Positions 36,290 to 49,052 of a stretch of DNA of 64,000 nucleotides are shown here, piece by piece. How positions within the stretch are numbered: the first letter of the stretch is position 1; each line of letters begins with the position of its first letter. Source of the DNA: Pristiophorus japonicus (taxonomy: Eukaryota); contig NC_091995.1 in assembly GCF_044704955.1 (NCBI RefSeq), positions 9,300,001 through 9,364,000 of the forward strand. The letters are read 5' to 3'. A model generated the notes under the pieces. That model had not been told where the DNA came from, did no database searches, and saw only the letters and a program-made list of their open reading frames with translations. The position numbers were made by a program, and so were the translations under genes.

Positions 36290-36848
36290 ATAGAAACATA
36301 GAAAATAGGTGCAGGAGTAGGCCATTCGGCCCTTCGAGCCTGCACCACCATTCAATAAGATCATGGATGATCATTCGTTCAGTACTCCTTTCCTGCTTTC
36401 TCTCCATACTCCTTGATCCCTTTAGCTGTAAGGGCCATATCTAACTCCCTCTTGAATATATCCAATGAACTGGCATCAACAACTCTCTGAGGCAGGGAAT
36501 TCCACAGGTTAACAACTCTCTGAGTGAAGAAGTTTCTCCTCATCTCAGTCGTAAATGGCCTGCCCCTTATCCTAAGACTGTGTCCCCTGGTTCTGGACTT
36601 CCTCAACATCGGGAACATTGTTCCCGCATCTAACCTTCCAGTCCATTCAGAATTTTATATATTTCTATGAGATCCCCTCTCATCCTTCTAAACTCCAATG
36701 TGTAAAGGCCCAGTTGATCCAGTCTCTCCTCATATGTCAGTTCAGCCATCCCGGAAATCAGTCTGGTGAACCTTCGCTGCACTCCCGCAATAGCAAGAAC
36801 GTCCTTCCTCAGATTAGGAGACCAAAACTGAACACAATATTCCAGGTG
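36290..36848 (-). mobile_element. CR1 3' fragment in ATP6V1G2 intron 1
   Basis: ORF 36379-36618 MFPMLRKSRTRGHSLRIRG; tail ATAGAAACATAGAAA. Confidence 0.9.
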
Positions 36849-37185
36849 AAATTGCCTCTAGTACAAATGCTAAGTTGTTATATCTGCTTTTTCTGATGCA
36901 TTGACCAGTGGAAACTGTCCACCCTCAAAAATTAGATCAGCTCTTTCAGTTCTCCCCTTCAGCTGTGCTCCAGTGAATACAGTCCCAGTTTTTCCAAGTC
37001 TCTCCACGTAGGTTTGTCAGGGCTGGTTTTTTACAAGGCTCTGGCAGCTGTACAGAGCCTCACTGGTGGTAAGAATATCAGATGTCAACCACACACACCC
37101 ATTTTGGGGGTGAGGGAACAAAAGAAGCAATGCTACAGCAGTGTTGACAAATAAGTCAGGCACTAGTCACGTGTGGTCAATGGAG

Positions 37186-37478
37186 AATCCAGATGTGGTG
37201 TAATTGGAAATCCAGATGTTGTGAATTAGGAATTCAGATGTGGTGAAATTAGAAATTCAAGTGTGAATTTGAAATCCAGATGTTAAATGGAAATCCAGAT
37301 CTGGTGAATTGGAAATCCAGGTGTGGTGAATTGGGAATCCAGATGTGATGAATTAGTAATCCAAATGCGAATTGGGAAACTAGATGTGACGGAACTGGAA
37401 ATCCAGATGTGGTGAATTGGGAATCCAGATGTGGTGAATTGGAAATCCAAATGTGATGAATTGGGAATCCAGATATGC
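37186..37478. repeat. 22-bp minisatellite, ~13 degenerate copies
   Basis: Unit GAATTGGRAATCCAGATGTGGT. Confidence 0.9.
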
Positions 37479-38432
37479 AGATTAGCATTTCTGATTAGTT
37501 AATATAAAAAATGAGTAATAGACACCTTGTAATAGCGTAAAAAAAAGACTTGCATTGATACAGCGCCTTTCATTGCCTCAGAACATTCCAAAGTGCTTTA
37601 CAGCCAATAAAGTACTTTTAAAAAATGTAGTCACTGCTGTAATGTGGGAATGTTGTAAAAACAGGCCAAAGGTTTGTTCCTTCACAAATGCAGGAAGGGT
37701 GACAAGGGCAAGGAAGATTTTTTACTCAGTATGGAGACAGAGTGATGCCCTTGGTCGCTGTCTGCCAGCTGGTTACAGAAGGCTACAGGCAGAGAGAGAC
37801 CTAAAAGCAGGTTGCCTGCCACTTTGTTCTCCGGCCAGTATATATGAAGGGTTGAGGGAATCCAAGAGCAATGGGGAGGAAATAATTTAAATTAAAAATA
37901 TATAAATAAGTAGATCATTTAAAAAAAACAAGGCAGACTCAATGTCATCCCTCACGTTATCTGGACATTATGTCAGTTAACATTTCTGGCAGATCTCCAG
38001 AAGAGCACAAATCTTTTAATCCTTGTTTTTCCTCGATGGAAGGTTGACGCTGAATGACGTTATTAAGGGAACAGATCGCACTATTTTCTAACGTTAATTT
38101 TCATTCATCAAAAATACTTAATAAAGCCTGGCTTATATCCTGATGTTTGGATCATAGGAAGTTATACTTGAAAAATATTAGCTAGTCAGCCTCAATACAT
38201 TCATATTATTTTCAATTCAGTTTTACTTTTAATCTTGATCAAATTATTAATCTGCCCTGTGCCAAATGTAAAAAAACTCCCAAAATATTTGTATTAGATG
38301 GGAGATTGGAGCAAAGCATAAGCCTTAAAGCATAAGCCAAAAAGGAATCCATTAGGAAAACACAGCACAGGTGCCATTTTAAAATCCCCATATGTCTCAA
38401 AGAAGTAGACAGAATAATCGGAAAGATCTTAC

Positions 38433-38514
38433 GTTTCCTGGCCTCAGCAACCTTCTCTGCAGCTCGTTTTTCAGCATGGAGAAGCTGCTGTATTCCCTGT
38501 GACTGGCTGGCCAT
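38433..38514 (-). CDS. ATP6V1G2: V-type proton ATPase subunit G2, coding exon 1 (82 nt)
   Basis: [27 protein letters not shown]; donor C|GTAAG at 38433/38432. Confidence 0.95.
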
Positions 38515-38774
38515 TTTATTTTCTCTCTGTGTCTCTGCCTCTCCTCCGAGACCAGGTACCAGATGATGCTGAAAGAGAAGACGGATTCCTCCGGGTCCTA
38601 GTGCTTGTCGGATTCAAATTCAGAATGGCTGCCACAGATTACAAAGGCAGTTCATGTTTTTTCCCCCCAATTAAACATTTGTTGGATACTCAAGGTTGTC
38701 GTACTGTAGTACGCAAATAAATATCAACAATATTGAAGTTACCAATATAAGAGAGCTATCAATGTAATCTTGTA

Positions 38775-39100
38775 TTCCTTTGAATATAGAAGATTACGTC
38801 ATGAACTAAATGAGGTGTTTAAGATGATTAAAGGATTTGATCGGGTAGCTAGTGAGAAACTATTTCTTCTGGTGGGGGGTAGTCCAGAACAAGAGGATAT
38901 AACCTTAAAATTAGAGCTAGGCCGATAATGGGTAATGTCAAGAAGCACTTCTTTGCACAAAGGGTAGTAGAAATCTGGAACTCTCCCAAAAAGCTGTTGA
39001 TGCTAGGGGTCAAATGAAAATTTCACAACTGATCAGCCATGATCTAATTGAATGACAGAACACGCTCGAGGACTAAATGGCTGACTGCTGTTCCTATGTA
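38775..39100 (+). mobile_element. Old CR1 3' fragment upstream of ATP6V1G2
   Basis: Degenerate CR1 ORF2 end and 3' UTR; same subfamily as 51945-52372. Confidence 0.75.
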
Positions 39101-39191
39101 CTTTTGAAATACATTGTTGGCTTGTGCAGTGTGTGTTGACTCACAGCACGCCTTCAAAAGGGAGCTTGGCTAGGGCAGAGATCGCATCTTA

Positions 39192-39955
39192 CAACAACAA
39201 CTTTATTTATATAGCACCTTTAACGTAGTAAAACATCCCATGGCGCTTCACAGCAGTGTTATAAGACAAAACAGAAATCTGACACCGAGCCACATAAGAA
39301 ATTACGGCAGATCACCAAAAACTTGGTTAAAGAGGTAAGTTTTAAGGTGCATCTTAAAGGAGGAAAGAGAGGTAGAGAGTTTATGGAGGTAATTTCAGAG
39401 CTTAGGATCCAGGCAGCTGAAGGCACAGCCACCGGTTGAGCAGTTCTAATTAGGGATGCTCAAGAGGGTAGAATTTGAGGAGCGAGGATATCTTGGAGGG
39501 GGGGTTGTGAGGCTGAAGGCGATTACAGAAATAGGGAGGGGTGAGGCCATGGAGGGATTTGTAAACAAGGCTGAGAATTTTGAAATTGAGGTGTTAACTG
39601 GGAGCCAATGGATGTCAGCAAGCACAGGGGTAATGGGTGAGTGGGACTTGATGCGAGTTAGGATACAGGCTGCCAAGTTTTAGATGACCTCAAGTTTACA
39701 TAGTGTAGAATATGGGAGGCCAGCCAGGAGTGCCTTCGAATTGTCAAGTCTAGAGTTAACAAAGGCATGGATGAGCGCTTCAGCAGCAGATGAGCTGAGG
39801 CAGGGGCAGAGGGGGGCGAAGTTACGTAGGTGGAAATAGGCGGTTTTAGTTATGCTGTGGCTATGTGGCAAGAAGCTCATTTCAGGGTCAAATATGACAC
39901 CTAGGTTGCGAACAGTCTGGTTCAGCCTTAGATAGATGCTAGGGAGAGGGAAAGG
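39192..39955 (-). mobile_element. L2 LINE 3' fragment
   Basis: VRNLGVIFDPEMSF..AEALIHAFVNSRLD and PVLADIHWLP L2 motifs; (TTG)n tail. Confidence 0.9.
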
Positions 39956-40284
39956 TAAGTGATTCAACAGTTAACATAGGTATGGTCAATATAATCGCCT
40001 GGACTGGTTTCTATTGCCTGATGGGTGAAAAGGAATGTTTCCAGATTTTGTTTTCCCATTTCGGCCCTTGGTTTCTTTTCCTGTTTTTTCCTTACCTCTC
40101 GCAGCACTGCTTCAATCCACGATTTCCTAAAATTTCATATATACCACAGCAATCCCTTTATCACCCTCATAATCTTCAAAAATGTAAGTTAAATTAGTCA
40201 GACACAACCGGCCCTTTCCAAATCTATGCTGACTGTTCCTAGTTAGCTTATGCCTTTCTAAGTGTTTTTTAATTTCATCCCTTA

Positions 40285-40720
40285 GTCAGCCAGTGGCACC
40301 CTCACCTTGGAGTCAGATGGCTGTGGGTTCAAATCGCACTCGAGACTCGAGCGCAAAAATCTCAGATGACACTCCAGTGCAGTGCTGAAGGAGTATGTCG
40401 GTGGTGCCATCTTTGTGATGAAACATGTAAACTGAGACGCTGTCTATTCGCTCAGGTGGACGTAAAAGATCCCATGGCACGATTTCGAAGAGCAGGGGAG
40501 TTCTCCCCGGTGCCTTGGGCCAATATTTATCCCTCAACCAGCATCACTACAACAGGTTATCTGGTCATTATCACATCGCTGCCTGTGGGAGCTTGCTGTG
40601 CGCAAACTCGCTGCCACGTTTCCTACATTACAACAGTGACTACACTTCAAAAAGTACTTATTAATTAGCTGAAAAGTGCTTTGGGACATCCGGTGGTCAT
40701 GGAAGGCGCTATATGCACAT
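40285..40720 (+). mobile_element. DeuSINE-like SINE
   Basis: GGTTCAAATC B box, central domain and tail. Confidence 0.85.
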
Positions 40721-41500
40721 CTTACTTTTTGTAGAGTCTGGAAGTTTAACCACAACAAAGAATAGGCCCATCATTTCCTGCCTTATCCTTCTACCCCTTT
40801 CTCAAACAGGAATGTCACATTAGCTCCCAGTTATAAACAGAACATTATAAAATATTATAGAAAGAAATAAAATACACAATAATGTACTGAGGCAATTTAC
40901 TGTTTACTCTTGTATATCATTTTGTGGTGGTACAGTTAATTAGATGCGTGACACTGCTTCAGTATATATGGGTCGTTTACAGAGGTACAGACTTGGTTAT
41001 GGCTGCAATACGGCAGTGTACACTACCACTTCCTCAGCTGTGTGCAACTCCTGTTTGTTTCTGCTATATCCAATGTGGTGAAATGGTTCTGGTTTGGCTG
41101 TATTTCCCACTTTGTGGTTGTAGCTATCTCTTACTTTTGATGCTGGCTTGTTAGTTTTAGCTTATCTTTTTTGCAATTAATTCTGGGCATATGGGCATCG
41201 CTATCAAGGGCAGCATTTATTGCCCATCCCTAGTTGAGCTTGGTCAATGAGATAGATTTTAACAACTTGCATTTATACAGCACCTTTACGTAGTAAAATG
41301 ACCCAAGGCGCTTCCACAGAAGTGGGCCACAAAGAGGCATTAGGACAGGTGAGTCATAAACTTGGTCAAAGAGGTACAACTGTACCCTTTGTTGTGCTTA
41401 GCATTGGTATCAGTAAAATGTGAAACTACAGATATATTTTATGCATATACGACAACTTCAATCAAGAACAGGACACGGTTTATGAAAGTTCTTATGAAAT

Positions 41501-41506
41501 TTTATT
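41501..41506 (-). terminator. Candidate NEU1 polyadenylation signal (AATAAA)
   Basis: TTTATT on the + strand at the end of a ~1.8 kb largely non-repetitive stretch after the stop; alternatives at ~41586 and 42447-42452. Confidence 0.35.
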
Positions 41507-43294
41507 GTACAAATAATAGGATTATTTGGCAAACAGTAAAAATCCATAAAGCACTAATTGACATTTGCCATGGTCAGGCTCCAGCTTTATTTATTTACAG
41601 GTTTCAACACAATGCAATACTCTTCAGAGAAAACCTGAAAACAGAATGTACAAGTAAAATAGGTATTGAAACTCAAATAGTTACATTTGCATCATTGAAC
41701 AGAGGGAATCTGAGCCGAGATTGTGGACAGGGACTTCAACCTTTGCAGTGGGACCCACTCCCTGTCTCAGCACTGATTCAAGGATGCTGCCCTATGCTAG
41801 AGAGAAAGATATCTTATAGCCTGGAACAATATTTTCAGGGACAGGTTAAAAAAATATTGCCCTGATTAAATATACAAATCTGAACTACCTAGTCAAATAA
41901 ATTTTCTCTTATGGGCTAGTTACTTTTTAACCCTTTTGACCCCACCAAAAAAAACTTGAATGCACTGACATACTGGGGAATGGTTCCGTGGGCGCTGGCA
42001 ATATTCCAGCACCAAAATGGGCAGTCATCACGTGCGAGCAAAGTCAGCAGGCTATTCAAAATGGAGGATGTTGCAACCGAGGCTCATCCTGCTATCCCTC
42101 AGCCTCCAATGTGCACACATTTGGGCAAGAGACACTGGCTGGCAGTCAGGAGGAGACACCATGGCTGCATATTTGTACCCTTCTCTACCCCAGATGTGCC
42201 ACAACCCATTATAGAGCTCCTAACCGTTGCCCAGGTACCAGTTCTATTAAATCGCCCAGATATGCAGCAGCCAATTATAGAGCCCCTAATCATTGCCCAT
42301 GTGCTTGTTTTATTTTAAAAGAATTTTCTCCGTCACATATACAGTATATGCATAAAATACTGCACCCCCACCCTCTAAATGCTCTTCCCCCACATAGAGG
42401 CAAGAGGACTGTCGCTAGCCAGGCTCAGATTTAAAATATACAAGACTTTATTCCAAAGAGTCAGCCTGCTCAGCTGACGTCACTTGAGGAGCAGAGCCTC
42501 GCATCCATAGACCACAACGCAAGGGAAATGAGAAAGGCCACCTGACCCATCCAGCTCAGCTGGTTGTTTAAAAAGTCACGTAATGCAGCAGCTTCCAGTA
42601 CTTTCATCTTTCTCCGACAGGACTGGAAAGGATTGTCTTAAGGCTACATGGTCTAAATGGGGTTTCCTTGCAGTTTTCCCAAAAGGCCTCTTCTACTGGG
42701 CTACATCCTTCAGTAGACACCAATGGCTGGAACTGGGCCCACTGTCCAATGAGCTTGGACCAAGTAGGGAAACTCATTCTCACCAAGCCAGAGACCCAGT
42801 GGTGCTCTCCTCCAACTCAGATTGCAACATACTGACTGTCACACTAACAGTTCAGCAAGCTAACTATTCTTACCCTATTGTAATAAAAAATTAGTGTAGA
42901 TTTAGCACCAGTTTCAATATAGTCCTGATGAAGTTCAAACGTTCAAGTCAGATAAAGAATGGGGCCCGCCACAGATACAAACTTCTCATGTGGCACATCC
43001 ATTGAAGTCAGGTGACAAGTCCGGGTCACTTGCTCACCTTTAAGAGGAGGAATAAATACTGGCTACAAAGTGAGAGGAGTATAAAGAAAGAGTTTTACTA
43101 CATGGATTTCAACTTAAAATACGGAAAACCAATTGTAACAGACGAAGTAATGGAAAATTATGAATTTATGCAGCAGAGTGTAAAAAAAAGATTCCCCCCA
43201 GTAAATCGGAGCCTGTGGTTCATTAAGACTTGGTCGGATCATGCACCCATGGCCTATGGAGGTTCTCAGGTGACGAGAAGAGGTATCAAGGCTC

Positions 43295-43500
43295 TCAATT
43301 AATGCGAATCTTCACGAATGAAATGGATTCCGTTATATCTAGGCGCCCCTTCTCAAAAATCAAATAGATGTATCGTTCATTGCTTGTGTTGCTTAAGGTT
43401 GTCATAGAGGAATAGCCACTTGGGCCATGCCAGATAACGATTTTGTCTTTTAGCCATGACTTCCCATCGTCATAACTCCATCTAAGGGTCAGATTTACAC
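43295..43500 (-). CDS. NEU1: NEU1 coding exon 6 (terminal)
   Basis: Acceptor CCCTAG; (R)VNLTLRWSYDDGKSW..IWHGPSGYSSM..YLIFEKGRLDITESISFVKIRIN-TGA; nucleophile Tyr in GPSGYSS retained; total CDS 1194 nt = 397 aa. Confidence 0.96.
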
Positions 43501-44884
43501 CTAGGGATTAAAAGAGGAGGAAAAATAAGATGATTTGAAAAGTTGTAATTATAACAGATGTACAATATTAGACACCAGCTATAGACCAGATTTTGCTGGA
43601 ACGGATGCTCCGTTAGTTAGAATTTTTCCCTCATGCTTCAACTCAAAAATGTTTTCTCTGCAAGTTGGCGAAAGGGTGAGCGGATAATAGCAGCATAATA
43701 GGGGCATCTGGGACCTTGGTGAATGACAGGAGCAACAGTCTATCTCCTGAACAAATCAGATTTAAGAATAGAGAACAAAACAGAGGAATGATGAAGAATG
43801 AAATAGGGTGAGTTGGAGTCAAATCAGGTACAGAAAGAATTGAGAGGGAAAGAAAGAGTTGATTGAGAGAGAAAAGAGACAGAATGGTGGAGTACAAAAA
43901 AATTAAAAAATGTTAAATTAAAAAAATCTCCAACAACAATTTACTACCTGGATCAACAACACTACCATTTAAATTCTTTCCCCATAATCAGCATCACTAA
44001 AAATACATGATCTGGTCATTACCTCATTGGTGTTTGAGAGAACTCTGTGCAAATTGCTGCATTTCCTACAATGGAAAAGTGATGTTGCAAAAGTACTTCA
44101 TTGGCTGTAATGCGCTGAGGTTGTGAAAGGTACAAGTTCTTTCTGGTTTTTCGTTTGCACTGGGGTTTAAATGTGCAGATCACTAGGAGGAAAATATCAT
44201 GTTCCTCTTCCCTCCTCCTCCCCCCCCCCCCCCCACCCCCCGCTAACCATATTATACTTTCGTATGATTTGATATTGAGAAGTACAGATGCATTCAAGTA
44301 AAAGATGCTCAGATTCCTCACAAGAGTGACCGGTAGCTCACACTCGAGAATAACTCAAGGGAAGCATAGAGTGTTCATTATTTTGTGTTGTTACATGACG
44401 ACAAGTTGTACAGATGGAATTAAGTGAATCGAAGTACAATTGTGGCTCTATACCTTCACTTGCTACAAACTGAAGCAGCTCAATGATTAATTCTTTACCA
44501 GTTGCTCCCTCGATCCGCTTTCAGAAAGACATAGGGGCACAAGGGAAAAACGTGCAAATCCCCTCCCCATGTTATATTATATATGTTTAGATATTGAGAA
44601 GTACAGATACACTCTGAATGAAGAGATGCTCAGATCGCTTACAAGAGTGACTGGTACCCTCACACTGGAGAATTTCTAAACCCTAGATTTGTTACACTTG
44701 CACTCAGTAAGAACGGAGTTGAAATCACCCAAACTCAATTTTATTTCACAGTCATCCCATCCATCTGGACTGGATTCTATACCCTTTTGAGTGTATGCTA
44801 GAATGTCCTCAACCCCAGGAGAACATACCGATGGGATGGTATCCACGATGACAACAGCCCCAGTGCCAGCAGTATGGTACTCAC

Positions 44885-45104
44885 GTTTAGATGGGTTTGC
44901 GGGATTGCTGAAGAAAACAATGTTGTCTTTGACTAAAACTCCAGCGGCTACAGCTGGGTCTATCAGAGCCTCGTCGAAGGTCACGTTTTCTAACGGCAGG
45001 GACTCGCACGCATCGTAACTCTTCACTATTATCCGGCAGCGACAGTGGTAGAAATTCTGATTCCTTGCGTTAATCACCACAGAACCATCCGGTAATTCAT
45101 ACGG
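44885..45104 (-). CDS. NEU1: NEU1 coding exon 5
   Basis: Acceptor poly-T-AAAG; [50 protein letters not shown]; donor C|GTGAGT; 220 nt. Confidence 0.97.
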
Positions 45105-45243
45105 CTTTAAAAAAAAACACGATATTTGATGGAAATAAAAAGCATCAACCGATGATCACATTGAAAGGGGAACAGTGCCCAATTGGGACTGATCAATTGT
45201 CATATATCTTAGATTCACAGAAATAAATACTAGTTTCTCTAGG

Positions 45244-45676
45244 CCAGTGTGAGCCAAGGCTCAGTCGGCAGCACTCTCGATTTGGAGTTAGAAGACCATG
45301 GGTTCAAACCCCACTCCAGGGACTTCAGCACATAATCCAGGCAGACACTCCAATGAGGGAGTGCTGCACTGTCAGAGGTGTCATCTTTTGGATGCGATGT
45401 TAAACCAAGGCCCCATCTGCCCTCAGGTGGATGCAAAAGATCCCACGGCACTATTTTGATGAAGAGCAGGGGAGCTCCCCCGTGTCATGGGCAATATTTA
45501 TCCCTCAACCAACATCAAAGATCTGGTCGTTATCACACTGCTATTTGTGGGACCTTGCTGTGCACAAAGTGGCTGCTACAATAGTGACTACACTTCAAAA
45601 GTATTTCATTGGCTGTAAAGCACTCTGGGACATCTCAAGACCACGAAAGGTGCTGTATAAATGCAAGTCTTTCTTC
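45244..45676 (+). mobile_element. DeuSINE-like SINE
   Basis: GGCTCAGTCGG A box, GGTTCAAACCC B box, tail. Confidence 0.85.
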
Positions 45677-45842
45677 TAGAATTATGGGGATTCAAACATT
45701 GCTGAGATTGTTCCATAAAAACCTCTCAGCTGAAGAGTGAGGGGAAAAGTCAAACTAATGGGACTCCAGCAAGATTGTGGCCAATGTTTATATTTGAACC
45801 TTATTGTGAAATGCCAGTTTGCAAAATCGACCTTTTGAAGTA

Positions 45843-46235
45843 AAGACAGACTTGGATTTATACAGCGCCTTTCACGACCACCGGACATCTCGAAGCACTT
45901 TACAGCCAATGAAATACTTTTGGAGTGTAGTCATTGTTGTAATGTGGGCAATGCGGCAGCCAGTTTGCACTCAAGCAAGCTCCCACAAATAGCAATGTGA
46001 TAAAGAGCAGATAATCTGTTTATGTTGATTGAGGGATAAATATTGGCCAGGACACCAGGAATAGCATCCCAAGCTCTTCCTCGAAATAATGCCATGGAAT
46101 CGTTTCCGTCCACTTGAGAACAGACGGGACCTCAGTTTAACGTCTCATCCGAAAGACAGCACCTCCAACAGTGTCAGCTTAGAATTTTTTTTGTGCTCAA
46201 GTCCCTGGAGTGGGACTTGAACCCAACCTTCTGAA
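45843..46235 (-). mobile_element. DeuSINE-like SINE, inverted relative to the 45244 copy
   Basis: Reverse complement of the same consensus. Confidence 0.85.
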
Positions 46236-46412
46236 GTAGTCTTGTTTGGTTTGGCAATCTCATATCCAAATACCCATCCTCTCCCCTTCTAAAACCAATC
46301 CTGCCTACAACACTGATGTAAATTAAATTTCTATCTAGTCAACCTCAAACTAGCCTCCCACATGGCAGTCAGGTAATTCTTTCATTTCCTGCACTCGTTA
46401 TCCCTGTGGTCT

Positions 46413-46540
46413 TCCCTCAGCGACTGTCTGTCCCACCTGTGAGAGAGACTGTAATTTCCCTTATTGGACTGTTCAGTCACCTAAGAACTCATTTTAAGAG
46501 TGGAAGCAGGTCTTCGATTCCAAGGGACTGCCTATGATGA
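46413..46540 (+). mobile_element. Short RTE 3' fragment
   Basis: VCPTCERDC..IGLFSHLRTH zinc-finger remnant plus GGGACTGCCTATGATGA tail; TGGTCT duplicated at the flanks. Confidence 0.85.
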
Positions 46541-46794
46541 TGGTCTCTGAGGAAGATTCCCGATTGGATGGCAGTTAGTGCTGTGGGCCCAGTGAGGGAC
46601 TGAAACACATTTCGGCAAAGATCTTTGCAGCCAGCAGAAAGAGAAGATGTTGGTCCTCTCCACTGTTGGCCAAGGTCGTGTGTACTGACTCAAACGCATG
46701 AACCCATTCTCAAGGGACATCACGACTTGACTCACTGGCACCAATGAGATCATGGGAAAATGGAACCGCCGGGATCTTAAAGCGGACTTTATGG

Positions 46795-47257
46795 TTACTC
46801 GTGATGATTCAGTGCCCGTGTCCTAACTCACACCAAGTCCCACTCACCAGTCATCCTGTGCTTGCTGACTTACACAACGCAACGCCTCGTTCAAAATTTT
46901 CATCCTTGTTTTCAAATCTCTCCATAGCCTCGCCCCTCCCCATCTCTAATCTCTCCAGCCCCATACCCCCGCGACCATGACGAGATGTATACGCTCCTCT
47001 AATTCTGCCCTTTTGAGTATCTCCGATTATAATTGCTCAACCATTGGTGGCCATGCCTTCAGTTGCCTAAGCTCTGGAATTCCCTGCCTAAACCTCACCA
47101 CCTCTCTTTCCTCCTTCAAGACGCTTCTTAAAACCTATCAGTTTGACCAATATCTCATGAGGGTCGGTGTCCAATTTTTGTCTCATAATACTCCTGTGAA
47201 GCGCCTTCGGACATTTCACTTCGTTAAAGATGCTAGATAAATATAAGTTGTTGTTGT
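46795..47257 (+). mobile_element. L2 LINE 3' fragment
   Basis: PVLADLH..GGHAFS..SFKTLLKTY motifs; tail TAAGTTGTTGTTG. Confidence 0.85.
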
Positions 47258-47498
47258 AATGCACCTCTACTGGCTACAGAGGTGGCTGCTGTACTTGTTA
47301 ATGTAGGCCAGACTGTCCTCCGAGTCCTCCCAAGTTTTCAACATTCTGCTCTAGGGCTCAATTGTCAGCATTTTATAGTTAAATGTGCCTGGGAAGGCAC
47401 ATGAATGGACCCCTCACCCCAAAGTAGTGTCCACTTCGTCTGTTCCCTTATCAGAAACCCTCATATGCCACTCAGGCCAACTGAAAGGAGGTCATTAC

Positions 47499-47681
47499 CT
47501 GGTTCTCATCCGGGTTGAAGTCCTTGAATTTTTTTGGCTGATTGTATGGAATTCCATTCAGACTTCCTCCATTCCTCCAGGTCTTGCCGTGGTCGTCGCT
47601 CAAAAGGCAGAATATCCCATCATCCTCAATTGTTCCATGCCCGCAGGCAATCAAACGGCCTTTCTTTGGATTGTATTTTTT
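47499..47681 (-). CDS. NEU1: NEU1 coding exon 4
   Basis: Acceptor CCCTAG; [43 protein letters not shown] with Asp-box and catalytic Glu; donor CAG|GTAATG; 183 nt. Confidence 0.97.
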
Positions 47682-49052
47682 CTAGGGGAAGGAGATTTTC
47701 TATCTTGAGAAAATGATCGGAACTCCAGAGATGTGCAAGCTTAGCTTATTGGGGTAGAAATTAGCCTTGGGTGGGAGTGGAAGACAGGTAGTATGGAATT
47801 GGCTGCCAGATATTGAATTCTATTGTAACCAAGGAATTTATTTATTTCTAAGCTATAGTTGCATCTTAAACTTTCCTTCGAGTTGAACAGTCAATCAGGC
47901 CCTTCCACTGTCCATAGGGAGCATTGCAGCTGTTTTGAGAATTTTAACTGTTGAACTTTTCAGTTCATTAGTAGAGGGATGTTAATAGTGTGAAAAGGAT
48001 GACTTTTTAAAAATTTGGCACACAGTATAAATGTAAAAAAACTCTCCCTGCTCTTTCTCAAATGTTTCTCAACCGTTGCTCACACACATTAGGAGCAGGC
48101 TCGAGGGGCTAGATGGCCTACTCCTGTTCCTAATTCTTATGTTCTAAGGAGGAGGTAACTAAAAGTTTCAATTCCCAGCACTAGAACTCTTAATAATCTT
48201 GGCATGTAGTCGCTAAGTTATTGCCAATTTGCACAAATGTGTGCCTATTAACTGTTGGGTTGACACTGCCCAGAGATTATTTTAGGATCTTTATAGTTAG
48301 CAAACATTTGGTGTCAGATTCTAATCCAGTCAACCTGGTCTAGTTTCTGATCATCTCCGCTAGTTATATCAGCACAATCAAGATGGAAGCAGATGAACCA
48401 GTGCCAAACATCGGGAATTACATCCAAAACCACTTGCGTCATGTTTTCTGCAATCTTTTACAGTGGTTCAAGATTCAAGTTGCCAAAATGGAGAGATTCT
48501 GCCCATTGCACTGGTTCGGGAAGGCTTTCTCAATTGCTCCCATTTTCTTATGGGAAATTTTCAAACGTGCCCTTGCGCCTATCAAAAAATGCTTCATTTA
48601 CTAAAAAAAAAACTGACTAGTGTACATTGAACTAGTAAATAGTTAAGTATTTTTTTTATATAATTTTTCAGTGATTTTAAATCAATCAAGTTACACACAG
48701 ATATTAAAAAAGGTTTATTTTTGCTGATAAATCCATTTTCAACTGCATCAATAAAACTGCACCAGGTTACCAATCTTAAATACATCAAGGAATACTTTTT
48801 AATGGAAAGAAAAAAAATGATTACGCTCCATCACTCTGCCTAATTGTACTGGTTCATGGACAATTTTTAAGTTTATGATTATGCAAATGAAGTGTAACCA
48901 AACCAGCACAATTTCAAGCACATTGTGGGTGTGATTTTCAAATTGTGGTCAAAGCAGAAACTCTACCCCAGTGTGCTTATCAACTGTACCAGCCAGTTCC
49001 CCTTCTAATCTAGTCAAAAGCTCTGCATCTCTCCCCCTCCCATTTAACTCAC

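Noticed and set aside
37166-37173. GTCACGTG CLEAR/TFEB-like site in ATP6V1G2 intron 1
   Set aside because: A single 8-mer ~1.3 kb from the start codon, compatible with chance; no matching site in the NEU1 promoter.
37186-37478. CRISPR-like array (also 9479-9602)
   Set aside because: Head-to-tail repeats without unique spacers, no cas genes, and a vertebrate context.
41362-42434. 120-167 aa plus-strand ORFs and a ~66-bp two-copy repeat (~42190-42305)
   Set aside because: Antisense to the probable NEU1 3' UTR, with no recognisable domain or splice structure.
44676-44884. ORF extension of NEU1 exon 5 into intron 5 ([11 protein letters not shown]..)
   Set aside because: Similarity to NEU1 stops at a canonical GTGAGT donor. 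Retention would lose the catalytic Tyr exon, and there is no evidence of use.
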